Source: Nageia nagi (lineage: Eukaryota > Plantae > Pinophyta). Taken from it: a stretch of 64,000 bases of DNA. The notes under the pieces were generated by a model. It was not told where the DNA came from. It saw nothing but the letters and a program-made list of their open reading frames with translations, and searched no databases. The position numbers were made by a program, and so were the translations under genes. Numbering within the stretch: the first letter of the stretch is position 1; the number at the start of each line of letters is the position of its first letter. Location: contig JBITNC010000001.1 in the NCBI GenBank assembly GCA_050084985.1, forward strand, positions 98,208,001-98,272,000. Direction: 5' to 3'. Below, one piece after another: positions 51,106 to 64,000 of the stretch.

Positions 51106-52919
51106 TTAAATATCACACTTAATATCCAACTGCTACAAGGTTGTACATTACAAAAAACTAAAAGGTGTCTATGATTACAAATTTTAACAAAAATAATATC
51201 CAGGCATATATACTTTTCTATATTGTACTCTGAATTTCCAACATTTGATAGAGATCTAAGAGGATATTTCAATTTCCAAAAGAACTCTTATTTCTAAGAA
51301 TGGTTGATAATGAAGAAACCACCTACATTATAAATATTAACTGGAAGCCATGTATAGTGCAAAAGAGGTAAGCAAAGACTCCCTGCATTATTTGTATGAA
51401 CTGAAGAACAAACCAAATTGAAATTATCAATCATTTTTGGTGTGATCAATTGCATATCCCAAATGACACACTTCATGTTACTACCTAAACTCAAGATTCT
51501 TTTATGATAAAATATTCAATCTTCATTTAAGGTGAATAGCTGGCTGACTGACTGCATTGAAACGTTTTCCCCTGGTGAGACAATGAAGAATCAATGTATT
51601 AATCAAGTTTGGCTACATACGCAGCTGTGCTGATTATTTTATTTTCAATGAATAATAGGAGGAAAGTTACGAAGTATCTTGAATCAAATTATTTCTTTGA
51701 TTAAAATAGCAATTTCAATATTGTCAAGAATATATCTTTTAAAATATTATTAAATTTTAAAAATATATATGTGCTATTAGGTGTATTTTAAGAGATGTTT
51801 CACACAAATGTAAACAACTTCAGTGGTGTTCTGCTGAAACCTAAGCCCTGTATTGTCTCCACTAAACGATGTACTGCACTGAAAAAATGTTTGAGCAGAA
51901 ATGGCAATTTCTATTGAGAATGAATACCTTTTTTTCCAAATACCTCTTACATGGTTCATTTTTGTATGTATTTGATGTTGATTTGGAAAAGAATGTATGA
52001 AAATGAAAATGTGAGATTCTATTTTTTTTCTAGAATTTTTGTGGAGTCTTTTAACTGAATTCAAGTCCAATTCATAAAATAGGCTTGCTGAGTCCAAGCC
52101 AAGCCCAAGTCTCAACACAAATGGTTTGAAGTTTCACAACATATTATGTAGATCCTACAATATGAAGTTTTACATATTATAAATCATAGAATCTAACATA
52201 GTTAAACATAAAAATTCATTTGGCTACACTCAGGATTATAGAGTAACTAATTTGATGACATTGACCTCAATTTCAACTATTTTGTGAACAAAAAGCTTTT
52301 TCAGTGAAATTTATGATGATACATGGTATAAAACTTAACTTTGTAATATTATGAAGAATGTAGAATCAACAGAAAATAGCCAAAAGGTAAGTTCAAATTT
52401 GTTGCCAATTTCCCCCCTTAGATATTCAAGTAGTCAAATATTTAGACATCAAAGAATTGCAACAATTCCACTGTATTCCATTACATACTTTGATTAGTGC
52501 AACTAGCATCTATAAGTGTCTTCACTGGATTTGATTAATGTAACTAACATCCACACTCCATATCATTGTTGCTTACAACATTTTAAAAAAGACATGATAT
52601 TCTTGATACCTATTTGTAAAAGCTCCAATGTATAAAAAAACATATCTGAAACTGTCAATAGATATCCATCTTGAGGCATCTATATTTACATCGAAGTTAC
52701 TAATCTTAAGAGACACTTCGAAATGTATACCTATCATAAATGAATTTTAGATTTCTAAGCTAGTAGCACCTACGGCAAAGATATTATATTGTTATTATAT
52801 TTGAATATTAAACCTTATATCAAAGATACAAGGGGCATGTTTCCCAACCTTGGGGCGGCATCCCTATCATTGTCATATCCCAAACCATGAAAACGGAAAA
52901 GGGAACGTTTCCCCGCGAT

Positions 52920-53240
52920 CATATATTTTGATGAGATGAACTTCGTTGCTCCAAAGATGCTTGAATGTATAGATTCACAACTTCATCAAGTATTTTCCTA
53001 GCATTCTAATATATGTTTTGAAGGTAGATCAATCATATTGGTGGGAGAATTAGAATAATTACCTCCAATTATGTATAAACCTCCATATGTAATTAAAACA
53101 CATGGAAAATTAATGTGGCATTTTCAACAATAGTTCTAAAACAATTTTTCAATCATATGAATAATTAACATCAAAGGTTGTGACAACTTCTCACAAATAT
53201 TAAAGATGCTAATCCGATAAGATGATTAAAAGTTATTGAT
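52920..53240 (+). pseudogene. PIF1-family helicase fragment (Helitron-like)
   Basis: IFDEMNFVAPKMLECIDSQLHQVF..SNICFEGRSIILVGELE*LPPI corresponds to PIF1 motifs II (DE.S) and III (GD..QLPP). Confidence 0.8.
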
Positions 53241-53249
53241 TACCAAAAA

Positions 53250-56200
53250 CATTTCCTTTCCACCCTATCTACATCTGCAACCCTTCGCCTCATTCACATT
53301 TGCAATGCTCTACTTCATTCGCTAGTGCTAGTTTCTCCTGTACGTCTCTTCCTTTTGTCCACTTGCATCTGCAACCATTGCACATTCTTCCACCTAACAT
53401 CTAAGTTTCAAAATTGATTCTTTTCTCCGCAAACTTGCAATGCAAAACTCTTTCCGCTCGCACAAGAATGTGCACGTTCATCGGTCAAGTTTACTCGTCC
53501 TCATGTGTGCTTCCATCGGCTAGATCTGTGCATCCTTACCCAAGTTGTCTATGCACTTTGTTTTGTGCAACTGTGACTGGTCAACCATGACTACACTAAC
53601 TATGGCTATGCAAATAACAACGATGACTGTGACTATGTAGACATGACTATGACTATGTAGACTTGCTTAAGACGATACATACTATGCAACAGCCAACAAC
53701 TACAACTGCCACCCACAATTAGACTTCATGCATCCAAAACAGGCTTCATCACACAACTCAGTAAAACAATTTTGAAAAGCAATCTCCTACCAACATATCT
53801 TCAAATAGATAACATCCCTTCAAAAACTATTGAATACAAAGACTAGCATCATACTCTCCCTGCAAGATCATGTTAACGATGGCAGTCAGCTCATTAAGGA
53901 TCTTCAAGGCAAGATACAGGACCAACAAGCTATTATCATTCAATTATAGAGTGTGCACACAAAACGGTCTCTTCAGAACTCTCCTAATTTCCAATATGAA
54001 TTCTCAAGGATTTCGAAAGAGTAGGTTGCTCTTTTAGTTGAACAAGAACATCTTACGAAAGAATCCACTTAACAAAGTTGGAAATTAGTTGATCAAAAAT
54101 CATGGGTTGATGTAGTGGTTGAGAAGAAGAATCCCCCACCTCTAATTGAGTTTGCAGTTCAAGCTAAGTTTGAAGCGAAAAGAGTCTGCAAAGCTAAGGC
54201 CCTCAATCTTAGGGTTCATAACAATGGATCCGCTTCAAGTAGGCAACACCTTCATTGAAAATACTCGAGTTAACAAACATCAACCTAGAGAAAGCATGGG
54301 TCTCTCCTAATTCCACATCGGTCATACACTTTAAGAATGTCAAAAAGCATTTGAAGGCCTTAGGGGACAAAAGGAAAAATTCAAAAATCTCTACAACAAG
54401 ATCTTTCTCAATGAGAATCTTACATGATTATAGGTTGATGAATAGGTAGCAGTAGCCAAAAAAGCCAACAAATGGAAAATAATTTTTAGCCTACATGCAA
54501 TCATTAGTAACTCTCCTCCTCCAACCATAAGCCTTTACCTACGAAATGACTTTTGGAATGAAAAGGGGGGGGCTAAGGAGTTGGCCACAGCTTGCTAGAA
54601 TTGTAATGGTATGACATGGTTTGCCCTTGGATCCCTTGCAAAAGTGATCAGAGGGTATGATATTATCCTCATATGTGAGACACATGAAAGCCCCAAGCAA
54701 GCCCTACACCCATCACTAGTTACTTTTGGTGGTCTAGGTATTGACAAGGTCAGTACAAGTTGTTGCTCTTAATTGGATAGAATCCATGCCTCAATGATAC
54801 TAGTATCCTCAAATCCCCATTCCAGATTCTTGTGGATTAAAGACTCTTGTGGATTAAACTCCATCATCACCCCTTTCTTCAAACATTTCATTCCCATTTG
54901 CTACTTCGCCCCAAGCATGTATAACTTTGCTATCCACATTGATAGGGACCCATACGAGGAGCTTTCTAAGGACATCACTAGGCATGCAACTATAAGAAAG
55001 GTTATATTGCTAGGGGACTTCAATGCTCAAACTAGCTTTATGCATGTGCCTCTCCATGACATCATAGCAAATGAGATGCAAACTCATGAATTAGATTTTG
55101 ATCACCTTGGTTTTGTTATAACCTCCATAAACACACAAGTTACAACTTACAGGAAACATCTTTTGGAGTTCAAAAAATCCAACAAGCTCATTATTCTCAA
55201 TGGACTATCTTGTTTCCCAAACTTTAGAGGGCGCACCCATTTCCCTCACAACGACGAAGCTAGTGCCCCGAACTATGCTCTTTCTTCCACCACCCTCATC
55301 AAGTTCATTTCTCACTCCAATGTTTATGATCACTCTCCCCCCTTATCGATTACTATGTACTCTCTCTCACTATCTCCACCATTACACCCCCTATTAATCT
55401 ACCACCACCTTCCTCAACTACCTCCACCTGGGTTACAATACAATTTTACTACAACTATTCCACTACCTATAAGGATCATTTGTGTCAAGTTTTTCCTATG
55501 CTTTCATCTCTCCCTCCTGTTGTCGATTGTACTACCTTCTTAGTTAAGCAATTTGGTATGCTACGATAGATTCTTACCCCCACACCATCCACACCCCTCC
55601 TCGCTCCACATGCCACTATCCCATGACCATTTGGTATAATGAGGATTGTAAATATATGCACTAAAGATTGAAACATACCATTCAATACTCTTCTTAGCTC
55701 ACAACCACCTCCTACAAAGCCTAAAAATTGCTCCTTCGAAAGCAAAAACAACTCTTCCTCTATCAATGTAGACTAGATCTCATTCATTCCCTCCAAAACT
55801 CCCCTAAAACCTTATGGTGCCTTATCCTCCCCAAAGATCAAGCCAAGAATGGGATGAGTCTTTCCACTTGGACCAGTCATGCCTCATCCCTCTATACCAT
55901 CCCTAATCAACTTACCATTAGGGTACCTTCCCCCCTACTTCCTGCCACCATCTTTTGTACAAGACATATCAAGCAAGCTACCAGAAAACTTTGCACCAGC
56001 AAAGCAAGAGATTTAGGCATGTTACAAGCGGAATTTCTAAAGCATAGCATCAACTCACTTGTTATGCCCCTTATCGATCTCTTCAACCTTGTTGTCTACT
56101 TCATCTTCCCTCACTCTTGGACTTAGCATATCCTCCACCCAATCCATAAGATGAATACCCACACAAACCCAACAATTATAGGACCATCGTGATTGGACAT

Positions 56201-56960
56201 GTCTTTGCTAAGCTTTATGCCACAAAATTAGGTGTGCTTCTCTCTCACATGTTGGAGGAGGGGAGGCACAATGCCACGAGCCCGATTTTTGGTAAGACCA
56301 ATAGAGAACAAATCATATCCTAGTCCTTGTGACCATTATTAAGGTGTGTTCTAGATCTTCGAGAGTTATTGTTTCTTTGTTGACTTTTGACACAATACCT
56401 TGGCATTTGCTACTTGGAAAGCTTTGGTCAATTGGCATCTCTAGATAGCTTTTAATAGCAATATCACGATTGTATGAGACAATGATAGGTCGGTTTCACT
56501 CTCCACAAGGACTTTCAAACAACATTCTCAACACCATAGGAGTGGAACAAGGTTGCCCCGTTTCTCCAACACAAATTAACAAACATCCTACTTATTCATT
56601 GGGAGTCCCTCACCGCCTCCCATTCCAGAATAAGGAGAGGATACTCAATGAGATCCGAAAGGACATTAGTCTCCCGTATACTAATTGCTCATGGATCTCT
56701 CCTACCAACCCTCTCTCCCCCAAGTTGTCTTTCTATCACAAGCACTTTCTTCAAATATAAGACAGTTGGATAGTCCCTCCAAAATACCTTATAATGCATA
56801 GCCTATGGATCCTAAGTGGACAAACTAGAGCATGTTCCCACCAGCTTCCCGTTGAATCAAATCACCACATGTCGAGGGATGAGCAAAACTGCCTATTTTG
56901 CTCCTTGGGAGAAGTAGAAACCCTTGGGAGAAGTAGAAACCCTATACAACATTAACATGT
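53250..56960 (+). mobile_element. Decayed LINE with APE endonuclease and RT (RTE/RTEX-like)
   Basis: DIILICETH, VILLGDFNAQT, LIILNG (endonuclease); NNYRTIVIGHVFAKLYA, FVDF, TIGVEQGCPVSP (RT); C-terminal RACSHQLPVE...CLFC..GEVE. Probable ORF1 remnant at 53800-54500. The 5' boundary is approximate. Confidence 0.8.
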
Positions 56961-57039
56961 ATGCCTTTCATATAATTTTTCTAGAAGATTTAAAACACAT
57001 CATCTTTGGCATATTGCGTACCTATTTATAAGCTTAAAT

Positions 57040-58100
57040 AAATTTGATTGAAATCAGCTTGTGTCCTTTAAACTTTGGTATAACTAATCTAAATTCATTG
57101 GCAAGTCACCCAAGGTCTTCAATCATTGTGCTTCCAAGACAACATCAAACTTTGCTAAATCAATTACATAAAATCAGAATTTCATTGGATAGTTTTCCAA
57201 CTGTAATTTCATGCCTTTTATCATTCCTATGCACTTCATTACACTCTCATTTGCCATTAATTCCTGAAAATTTGGTAGTGAATCCACTTTTGGTCATGTA
57301 GACACCACTAATTTTGCATCTATGAAGTTATGAATGCTAACTAAATCAACAAGAATCGCCACAGTTCTTCACTTCACTTTGTTGTTCACTCTTGAAAGTG
57401 TGATATTCGGGAATGCCCATCATGGCAACAAGAGAAACAATTTGTATTTCTTCTTGTTTTGAGTCTTATGCAAGGTTTTCAATCACTTAATTATCAATTT
57501 TAACCAAGTGTTTAAGTTCTTCATTCACAAGTTCAATCATATGAATTCTTCCAAAAGATTTCCACTTATGCCCCTTTAGCCACACCTCCTTACCATTGAA
57601 ATGAGGGCCCTTAGAGTATAAGTCTACAATCACAGCATGATCTAGTACCCTTCCCTTTGGCCATCCAACATAGGAATTAATGGGAAATTGGATTTCATGG
57701 TGCTCTTTGTTTCTACCCTTGTTATGAAAAAAAATTTAGAGGCAATTCATGTAGTAAACCAACTCCTAAACACTCTTAATAGGCTTATACTTGTTTAATG
57801 GGTTCCTCAAGAGATGTAGGTTTCAAAGCTTTAACATAGCCTCTAATTGAATCTTTTAGTCCATCAATGTACATGGCAACAAGCCTTCTTGTAGAGATAT
57901 TCCCTACAAGTGAACTAGCTTGTTGGAACTCTTCTAAACAGTAAGCTATTGTCCCTTGTTGCTCCATGGTCTTGAGAGCCAAGATATAATCTTTTGAGTA
58001 TATGCCTCAAAATTCTTATAGAAGAAATCAATAGGATCTTAGTTGATCATTTAGGTCATGGGGGTGTTTGGAGATCCACGAAGGTTCAAATCCCAAAAAC
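57040..58100 (-). mobile_element. Decayed gypsy gag-protease fragment
   Basis: ORF 57785..57982 QQGTIAYCLEEF...MYIDGLKDSIRGYVKALKPTSLEE (Retrotrans_gag), and a downstream AILVD...HNFIDAKL protease-like motif. Confidence 0.75.
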
Positions 58101-58699
58101 ATCTTACAATGATGATGTTGTCATTTGATAGTGACATCATGGATAATGCTGAAGTGTAGTGCTAATATAGTTGTTGAAAGCTTCTAAACATTGGAAAAAA
58201 ATACAACATAATTTTTATAATCTTTACCTAGAAACTGTGTAATTCCCAAACTTAGGCCCGCTTACTCCAACAGCAGTATGGTTGCTACAATTGCCCATGT
58301 ATGCTCCAAGTCTTGTGCTTGAACAGTGTTCCTGGTCTTCCCAAAACATGTTTCAAGTACATACAAATATATTTTGCACACATGTGGAATAATCACTTTT
58401 TCTTTTTTTTTAAACTACTAACAAAGAATACAAGTTGACTTACAATATTTTGTTAATTAACATAAAAAAGGTCGCTGTTTGTCACCAAAATGTTACTTCT
58501 GACTAGAAAAGGCTTTTTAACTGAGTAAAATGCTAAAAATCTCAGTAGAACATCAATTGTTACTAAGCGAAGTTTCTTCTGAATAACAATTATAAACTTA
58601 TAACAGAAACCCAAGCAACAATATGTTGCTATTTTCCACCCATCTGAACTGCAATGAACATAAAACTCTGAAACAAGCCTACAGTTGTCTTGGCCCACA

Positions 58700-60400
58700 T
58701 TTACATGTACTCAACTGGCACAAGGGTTTCCTTTGACTCTCATGTTCTCAACCATTGATATCAAAAGCCAACATTTCATTTGGGCCATAGTCTCTCATCA
58801 ATTTCACCTTGTTTTGAACCCTACTATCTCCAACTTTTTAAAAGGCTATCCTCTGATAATTAAAGGAATACGTTTTGAAACACACTTAAGCATTAAACCT
58901 ACAAAACAGATAGCTTGCTCACTTTTTCTTCAACAATTCCGAATTTTATTCCACATCTAGATCAAAAACATCATAAATCAATGCTATGATCCGCTTGCTT
59001 TGCACATTTCTCCATATGCTTTCTAACAATCCAAATGTTGATTTAAATAAGCATACCCTTAGGATCTCAAAACATCATCCTAAATAGCAATTCTGCATCT
59101 TTTGTAGTCACATCCATCCATGCACTCACATCATATGTCTCTAATCTTGGATATTGCAACTAATATAGAAAAGCTCACATTGTGACATATTTTAAAGTGA
59201 GCAATCACGTTAACCTTCTTGCAAGCAGAACCTTGATAACCTTACCATGCATAAACCTTCTTCCCAATTAAGAATGTAAGAGTGAATTCCAATATTAGAG
59301 TCATCTAACATCATCCTAAATAGCAATTCCACATCTCTTGTAGTCACAACTTTCCTTGCACTCACATTGTATGTCTCTGATCTTGGATATTGTAACTAAT
59401 ATAGAAAAGCTCACATTGTGAGATATTTTAAAGTGAGCAATTACCTTAACCTTCTTGCAAGCAGAATCTTGACAACCTTACCATGAATAAACTTCTTTCC
59501 AATTAAGAATGTAAGAGTGACTTCCAATATTAGAGTCATTTAACATCATTTATTGCTTTGCAATGATGCATGAAGACAATGAATCACTTGAAACAACTGT
59601 TACCTCGGATATCCACAATCACATCTACTTCCTATTCTTAAGAGCATTGCAAGGATTCTGTAAGCCAATAGTAACCGTCTTCAATATTTGATTTTCTCAC
59701 TCTACATAACTCTATAAGCCAGCATCAAAAATGAAAAGTATTGAACTGTACAACAAATATTCAAATTGCATAACTCGGTTTTGATTGCAAGTTTGATCTG
59801 CAACTCATTGGATCAGTCAAGAATCACCAACGTAATTTTAGATTTAAGGAATGTAGCTTCTAAGGAATAATGACTGAAACAGGGAAACACAAGTTCAATT
59901 CAACTTCCTGATGCCTTATTGTTTTAATCAAAACATACCCAACATTATGAAAATTGCTTTGTAAGTACATAGAGACAGTGTGATAGGAAATATGATCCTG
60001 TAACAACATTTTACTTCATTCTAAATACTGACACGTGAATTTTCTTTGTAGTTTAACTACAAAATTCCTTGTGAAACAAGCCATTCTACATCTAAAATGA
60101 CCCACAATCATGACATGAAAATGCATACTTTTATTAAACTCTAAAATAGACAGATGATCTGTCGTGTAGCTTTTTGTTAAGCTCCTTGAATATAGATAAG
60201 TAATCTACAAACAACAATGAGACTATCACCATATATTGAGGCTATTCTGAGAATTATTTTTGTGCTTATCCCAAGTCCAGGACATTCATTGTTCAATGAA
60301 GCACTTCAAAATGTCTTCTACTTCCTAATCTTCCAAAGTCCTGGGTGCATTTCATTTGGAGATCAAGGAAATAGTCCAACATGGAGATAGATATTTTATG
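58700..60400 (-). pseudogene. Possible highly decayed PLS-class PPR gene remnant
   Basis: Scattered minus-strand PPR-like words in broken frames: MSWT, MHGKVIK, KDAELLFRMM, and an E/E+-like KVKLMRDYG..FDING*EHE. Confidence 0.35.
59071..59548. repeat. 236-bp tandem duplication, visibly diverged
   Basis: AACATCATCCTAAATAGCAATTC starts at 59071 and 59307. Confidence 0.92.
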
Positions 60401-60935
60401 ACTTCTGCATGATCAAATATTCAGATACCAAATATATAGTTTAATGATTTTCTTTCTTGAATATAGAGGGAAATTTCTTTTGCCTAATTTGATAGTGGAT
60501 CCCACTTAGTATATGGTGAGGTGACACACATTTCCACATTCTTCATGAAGCTACACAATTCCTTAAGTGTAATATTCAATTGTTTTGGACCTGACCAATA
60601 AGATTAATGAAACTGAGATTACCATTAGCTGCAAATAACAACAGCATATGGTTTATAGACCTAAGTGTGACATTAAAATACATAGGTTTCACCTCACTTG
60701 TAATGAGTGACAACTCATAAACCGAACAATAAGTATTTCAATTTGATCAGACACGTTGTTTAACAGAGTAAAATACATTTCCATATAATTTGACTTGTAA
60801 GAATGTTGTCCACAATCGCAATACCAAATACTATAAATGTATTCTCCTACAAGACAAAGAAAAACTATAATACATAAAATAATTAAGCAGAAAGACATGA
60901 AAGTGAAAAACGAAAAAAGATACAATAATACATAC

Positions 60936-61832
60936 CAATTTCAGTGCAGAAAGGGCTTGATTAACATAATAAATAAGCTTCAATTTTTTATGGAGAGCAA
61001 CCATATCTGCACGCTTCATGTTCAATTCCTGGATTTGTCTAGCAGGCTCCACCAGATCCGCATCCAAGAGTTTCACAGTAGCCTTCAATTCCTGAAGCTC
61101 GCCACATGCCTCCACTATCTTCCCGCTCAAATCCTGCAGCTGGCCCTGCGCCTCAAAAAACGAATCTGACCTAATAGAGATCTCCTTCACCAAGTGCACC
61201 TCCACAATGTCCAAATAATGAGACAACTTCTCCTGCAGCATAACATTCTGGGGAATTGAAGAAAAAGGGCACGCTGCCTGGAAAGTGGCTCCATCTTCTA
61301 GGGCAAAATCCTCCTTAAAATACAAAGACGGAATTTCCCTCAAGCAAGCCACCAGTGCCTCCCCCTGCCCCCGGACTTGCCCCTCTGGCGAAACACCCCC
61401 AATCTGATCACCATTTTCCCTGTTAGAATGCTCCCTTATGTCTTCAAATTTCCCATAGGATTCATAAATGGAGTCCAGGTAGGGTTGGAAGTCGGATTTA
61501 CTTATTTCAGGAAATTGTTTGGACACTGTTACAGGGGCGGTATCAAGGGAACTCACGGAACCCGAAGGCCACCAAGCTGCCCAAGTGGCATCCGAACTGT
61601 ATACACCGGCCTTGCCAAGGTGAGGATTGTTGAGAATGGAAGCCAAGCTTTGGCCCCCATTGTACAGAGCTGAGTCCAGATCGAATCCCGATCGGCTTTG
61701 CGAAAGTAAAGAAGGCGAAGAAGAAGAGGACTTACCTAAAGAAACTGAAAGCGCCCTCTTGCTAATTTCCAAGCTCTTAAATTTCCTGTTACTGTTATCG
61801 TAGGCATCTGTCCTCGACCCTGCCCCATCCAT
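60936..61832 (-). CDS. VPS54: VPS54 (GARP complex subunit) coding exon 1
   Basis: ORF track 60831..61832 encodes ...QSLASILNNP...EALVACLREIPSLYFKEDFALEDGATF...LQEKLSHYLDIVEVHLVKEIS...YVNQALSALKL, matching the plant VPS54 N-terminus. GT donor (GTATGT) begins at 60935; 897 nt, phase 0. Confidence 0.95.
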
Positions 61833-62774
61833 TCTCTGAGCTTAATTGCTTCTTCCCTCCTTGAGATTCGAACACCGGATATACATGCTTCAAGCTTATT
61901 TTATCCCTGTTTGTTGCACCTGGGATTCGAATCCTGGGCAAATGACATGGAAATTCCGAATTTCAGCCCAACAATTCATACCAGATCTGTTCCATAGTCT
62001 GCAAATTTGTCAGCTTCAAAAGAACTTGGATACAAGATTGAAGATCAAGAAGATGTATACATACCGATTCAGTGCTGTAGATTATCCACGATGGATGTGA
62101 TTTAATGAGCTCACCATTTGAAATGTAGCATTCCGAGAGGCGATTTTCCCAGGATCTGCAAGCAACTGATGCAAGTTATTCGTGAAAATTCTATAATTTA
62201 GAGTTGTTTATATGAACATAAGCTCCCTTATGTTTGTAAATAATACCGTCTTTTCACGGTTGAAATGAGTATTCTCTGTTCTTTTGGAATAATGGCTACT
62301 CGGGGTAAATGGTCCTATTAAAGAGAGATTAGGTGCTTAGAGAGTTTAAGTGGGAGCTCAGAGATCTTATTTACTAATTTTTTCTTTAACGATTTATATA
62401 ATTCATTAACACACATATATCAAAGATAAATAATGTATATTAAGGAAGGTTGATAATTTGTTCAAGATGCTTTTTGGTATATTATTAGATTTTGATATAT
62501 GTTTAATTTTACAATCTTACTTTTTTGTAATTTGATAATAAATGACATTGTTTGTTATGTAAGGTATTTTTGATATTATTTTTGATGTGATGAGGTTTGA
62601 CTACCATTGAGGAGATTTCTTTCATCGAAGTAAGCCCTTCTTCTAAAAAGATTTACATTTAGTTTTCAATCATCATTTTATTAGTTCCTTGTAGATAGAT
62701 AGATAAGTCTTTTCAAACCCTTGATTTGTAGGACTCAAGTTGTCAATATATATTTATAATATAATAATATATAA

Positions 62775-62895
62775 TATATAAGCTTAATCATCAAATGTTT
62801 GCATGATGCAAAGAATACAATGCAAATAATATAAAAAAAATAATATATATATATATATATAAGCTTAATCATCAAATGTTTGCATGATGCAAAAA
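62775..62895. repeat. Short duplication with a (TA)n microsatellite
   Basis: ATATATAAGCTTAATCATCAAATGTTTGCATGATGCAAA occurs twice, around a TA run. Confidence 0.8.
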
Positions 62896-63079
62896 GAACC
62901 TACAATGCATGTGGGAGATTGCTCATTATTTGTTGGCCATAGCATGATCGAGCCATGGAGTCCTCACACTTATGAACTCCTCTCCTTCGAGGCAAATTTT
63001 CCTTCAAGGATGTACTACAAAATTAACCAACCCTTATCTCCCATGGAAAGTCTTATAAACAAATAATAACCTCCTTTTG

Positions 63080-63720
63080 CATACCTAGAGTGGACTCTCT
63101 CAAGAATAAGTTCAAATACATGAAAGCAATAGTTGATATTCCTTTTAACCAACTCAATTGCTCAAATATTAATATAGAAATTGCCCATCTTAACTCTACT
63201 GCCCTAATATGCAAATTTGTTGGTCCACACCTATCACCTAAGAACATAAAACATTGGACGAACACACACTAGATAATGAAGGGAGAGTACATGATTAGTT
63301 TCTACACATGTGGATACTTCTTGGCCTCGTTTACCACGAAGCAAGATTGAGATGATATTTTCCAAAGTGGTCCTTAGTTTCACAATAGTGTCAATATATT
63401 CCTCAAACCTTGACATGCTAACTTCGATCTTGAAGAATAAACTCCAACTATAACTCTAATTTAGGTAAGACTTATAACTCTTCCCCATAGATTTTGGAAT
63501 GAAACTAGTCTTGCCAAGATAGGAAATTCCTTAGGTTCTTACATAAGTTCTTATAATCATACTTTGACTCTCAAACATTTAGCCTATGCTCGTATTTGTA
63601 TATATATGGACCTCCATAACCCTCTCCTTGAGAAAATCCAACTCTAGGTGGTGGGTTATGTGAGAGAGAAACCATTGGATTGTGAGCATATCCCATTTTG
63701 TTGTGTACCTACACTAAATA
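63080..63720 (+). mobile_element. Decayed L1 ORF1 (DUF4283) upstream of VPS54
   Basis: ALICKFVGPHLS..NIKHWTNTH, GYFLASF, RDDIFQSGP, IFLKP, VRL..LP..FWNETSLAKIGNSLG, YARIC. Confidence 0.8.
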
Positions 63721-64000
63721 TGAATATTTATCCCGTAGTTATCCCCATGCTTCTCCACCTGAATTGCAACAACCACCACTCATTAATCAACCTCATATAC
63801 AAAAGAGGAAACAACAAGTCCTTACATGATAACTAATCATTAGCAAAGAGATCCCAAATAAACTAATAATTTCCAATCCCTTGAGTCCTTGGATATTTAT
63901 GGTGACCCTGTTACAACAACTACAAGCAACCTTATTAAGCTTGTGACTCCCTTATCTAATGTTTGAGCCCCTTGATATTTTTACTTTCACTATGCCCTCT

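Noticed and set aside
60837-61673. Plus-strand ORFs of 110 and 98 aa
   Set aside because: Antisense shadows of VPS54 exon 1.

Overview
Eukaryotic, AT-rich plant genomic DNA. Very long TE-filled introns and the element types suggest a gymnosperm/conifer-type genome, which is inference only. The one host gene is VPS54 (GARP complex subunit) on the minus strand. I traced 13 coding exons by hand, from the ATG at 61832 down to 7173: 2,635 nt, about 878 codons, all GT-AG with consistent phases. The last exons lie beyond position 1. The large introns (about 11.9, 15.1, 15.3, 6.7 and >7.1 kb) hold nested, mostly decayed mobile elements whose ends and target-site duplications (TSDs) can often be read directly. 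These include a hAT element split by a 4.2-kb solo LTR, two non-autonomous hATs, a 0.8-kb solo LTR inside a MITE-like element, a full-length gypsy, a two-LTR copia, L1 and RTE/RTEX-like LINE remnants and a PIF1-helicase fragment. Most notable: (1) two diverged copies of a poly(A)-tailed retroposon that carry an extra ORF, located 3' of an L1-type RNase H domain in the TSD-bounded copy; (2) a TSD-bounded non-autonomous hAT apparently carrying three in-phase captured exons; (3) a possible endogenised rhabdovirus-like nucleocapsid fragment. No database searches were run; family assignments rest on recognising motifs by eye.
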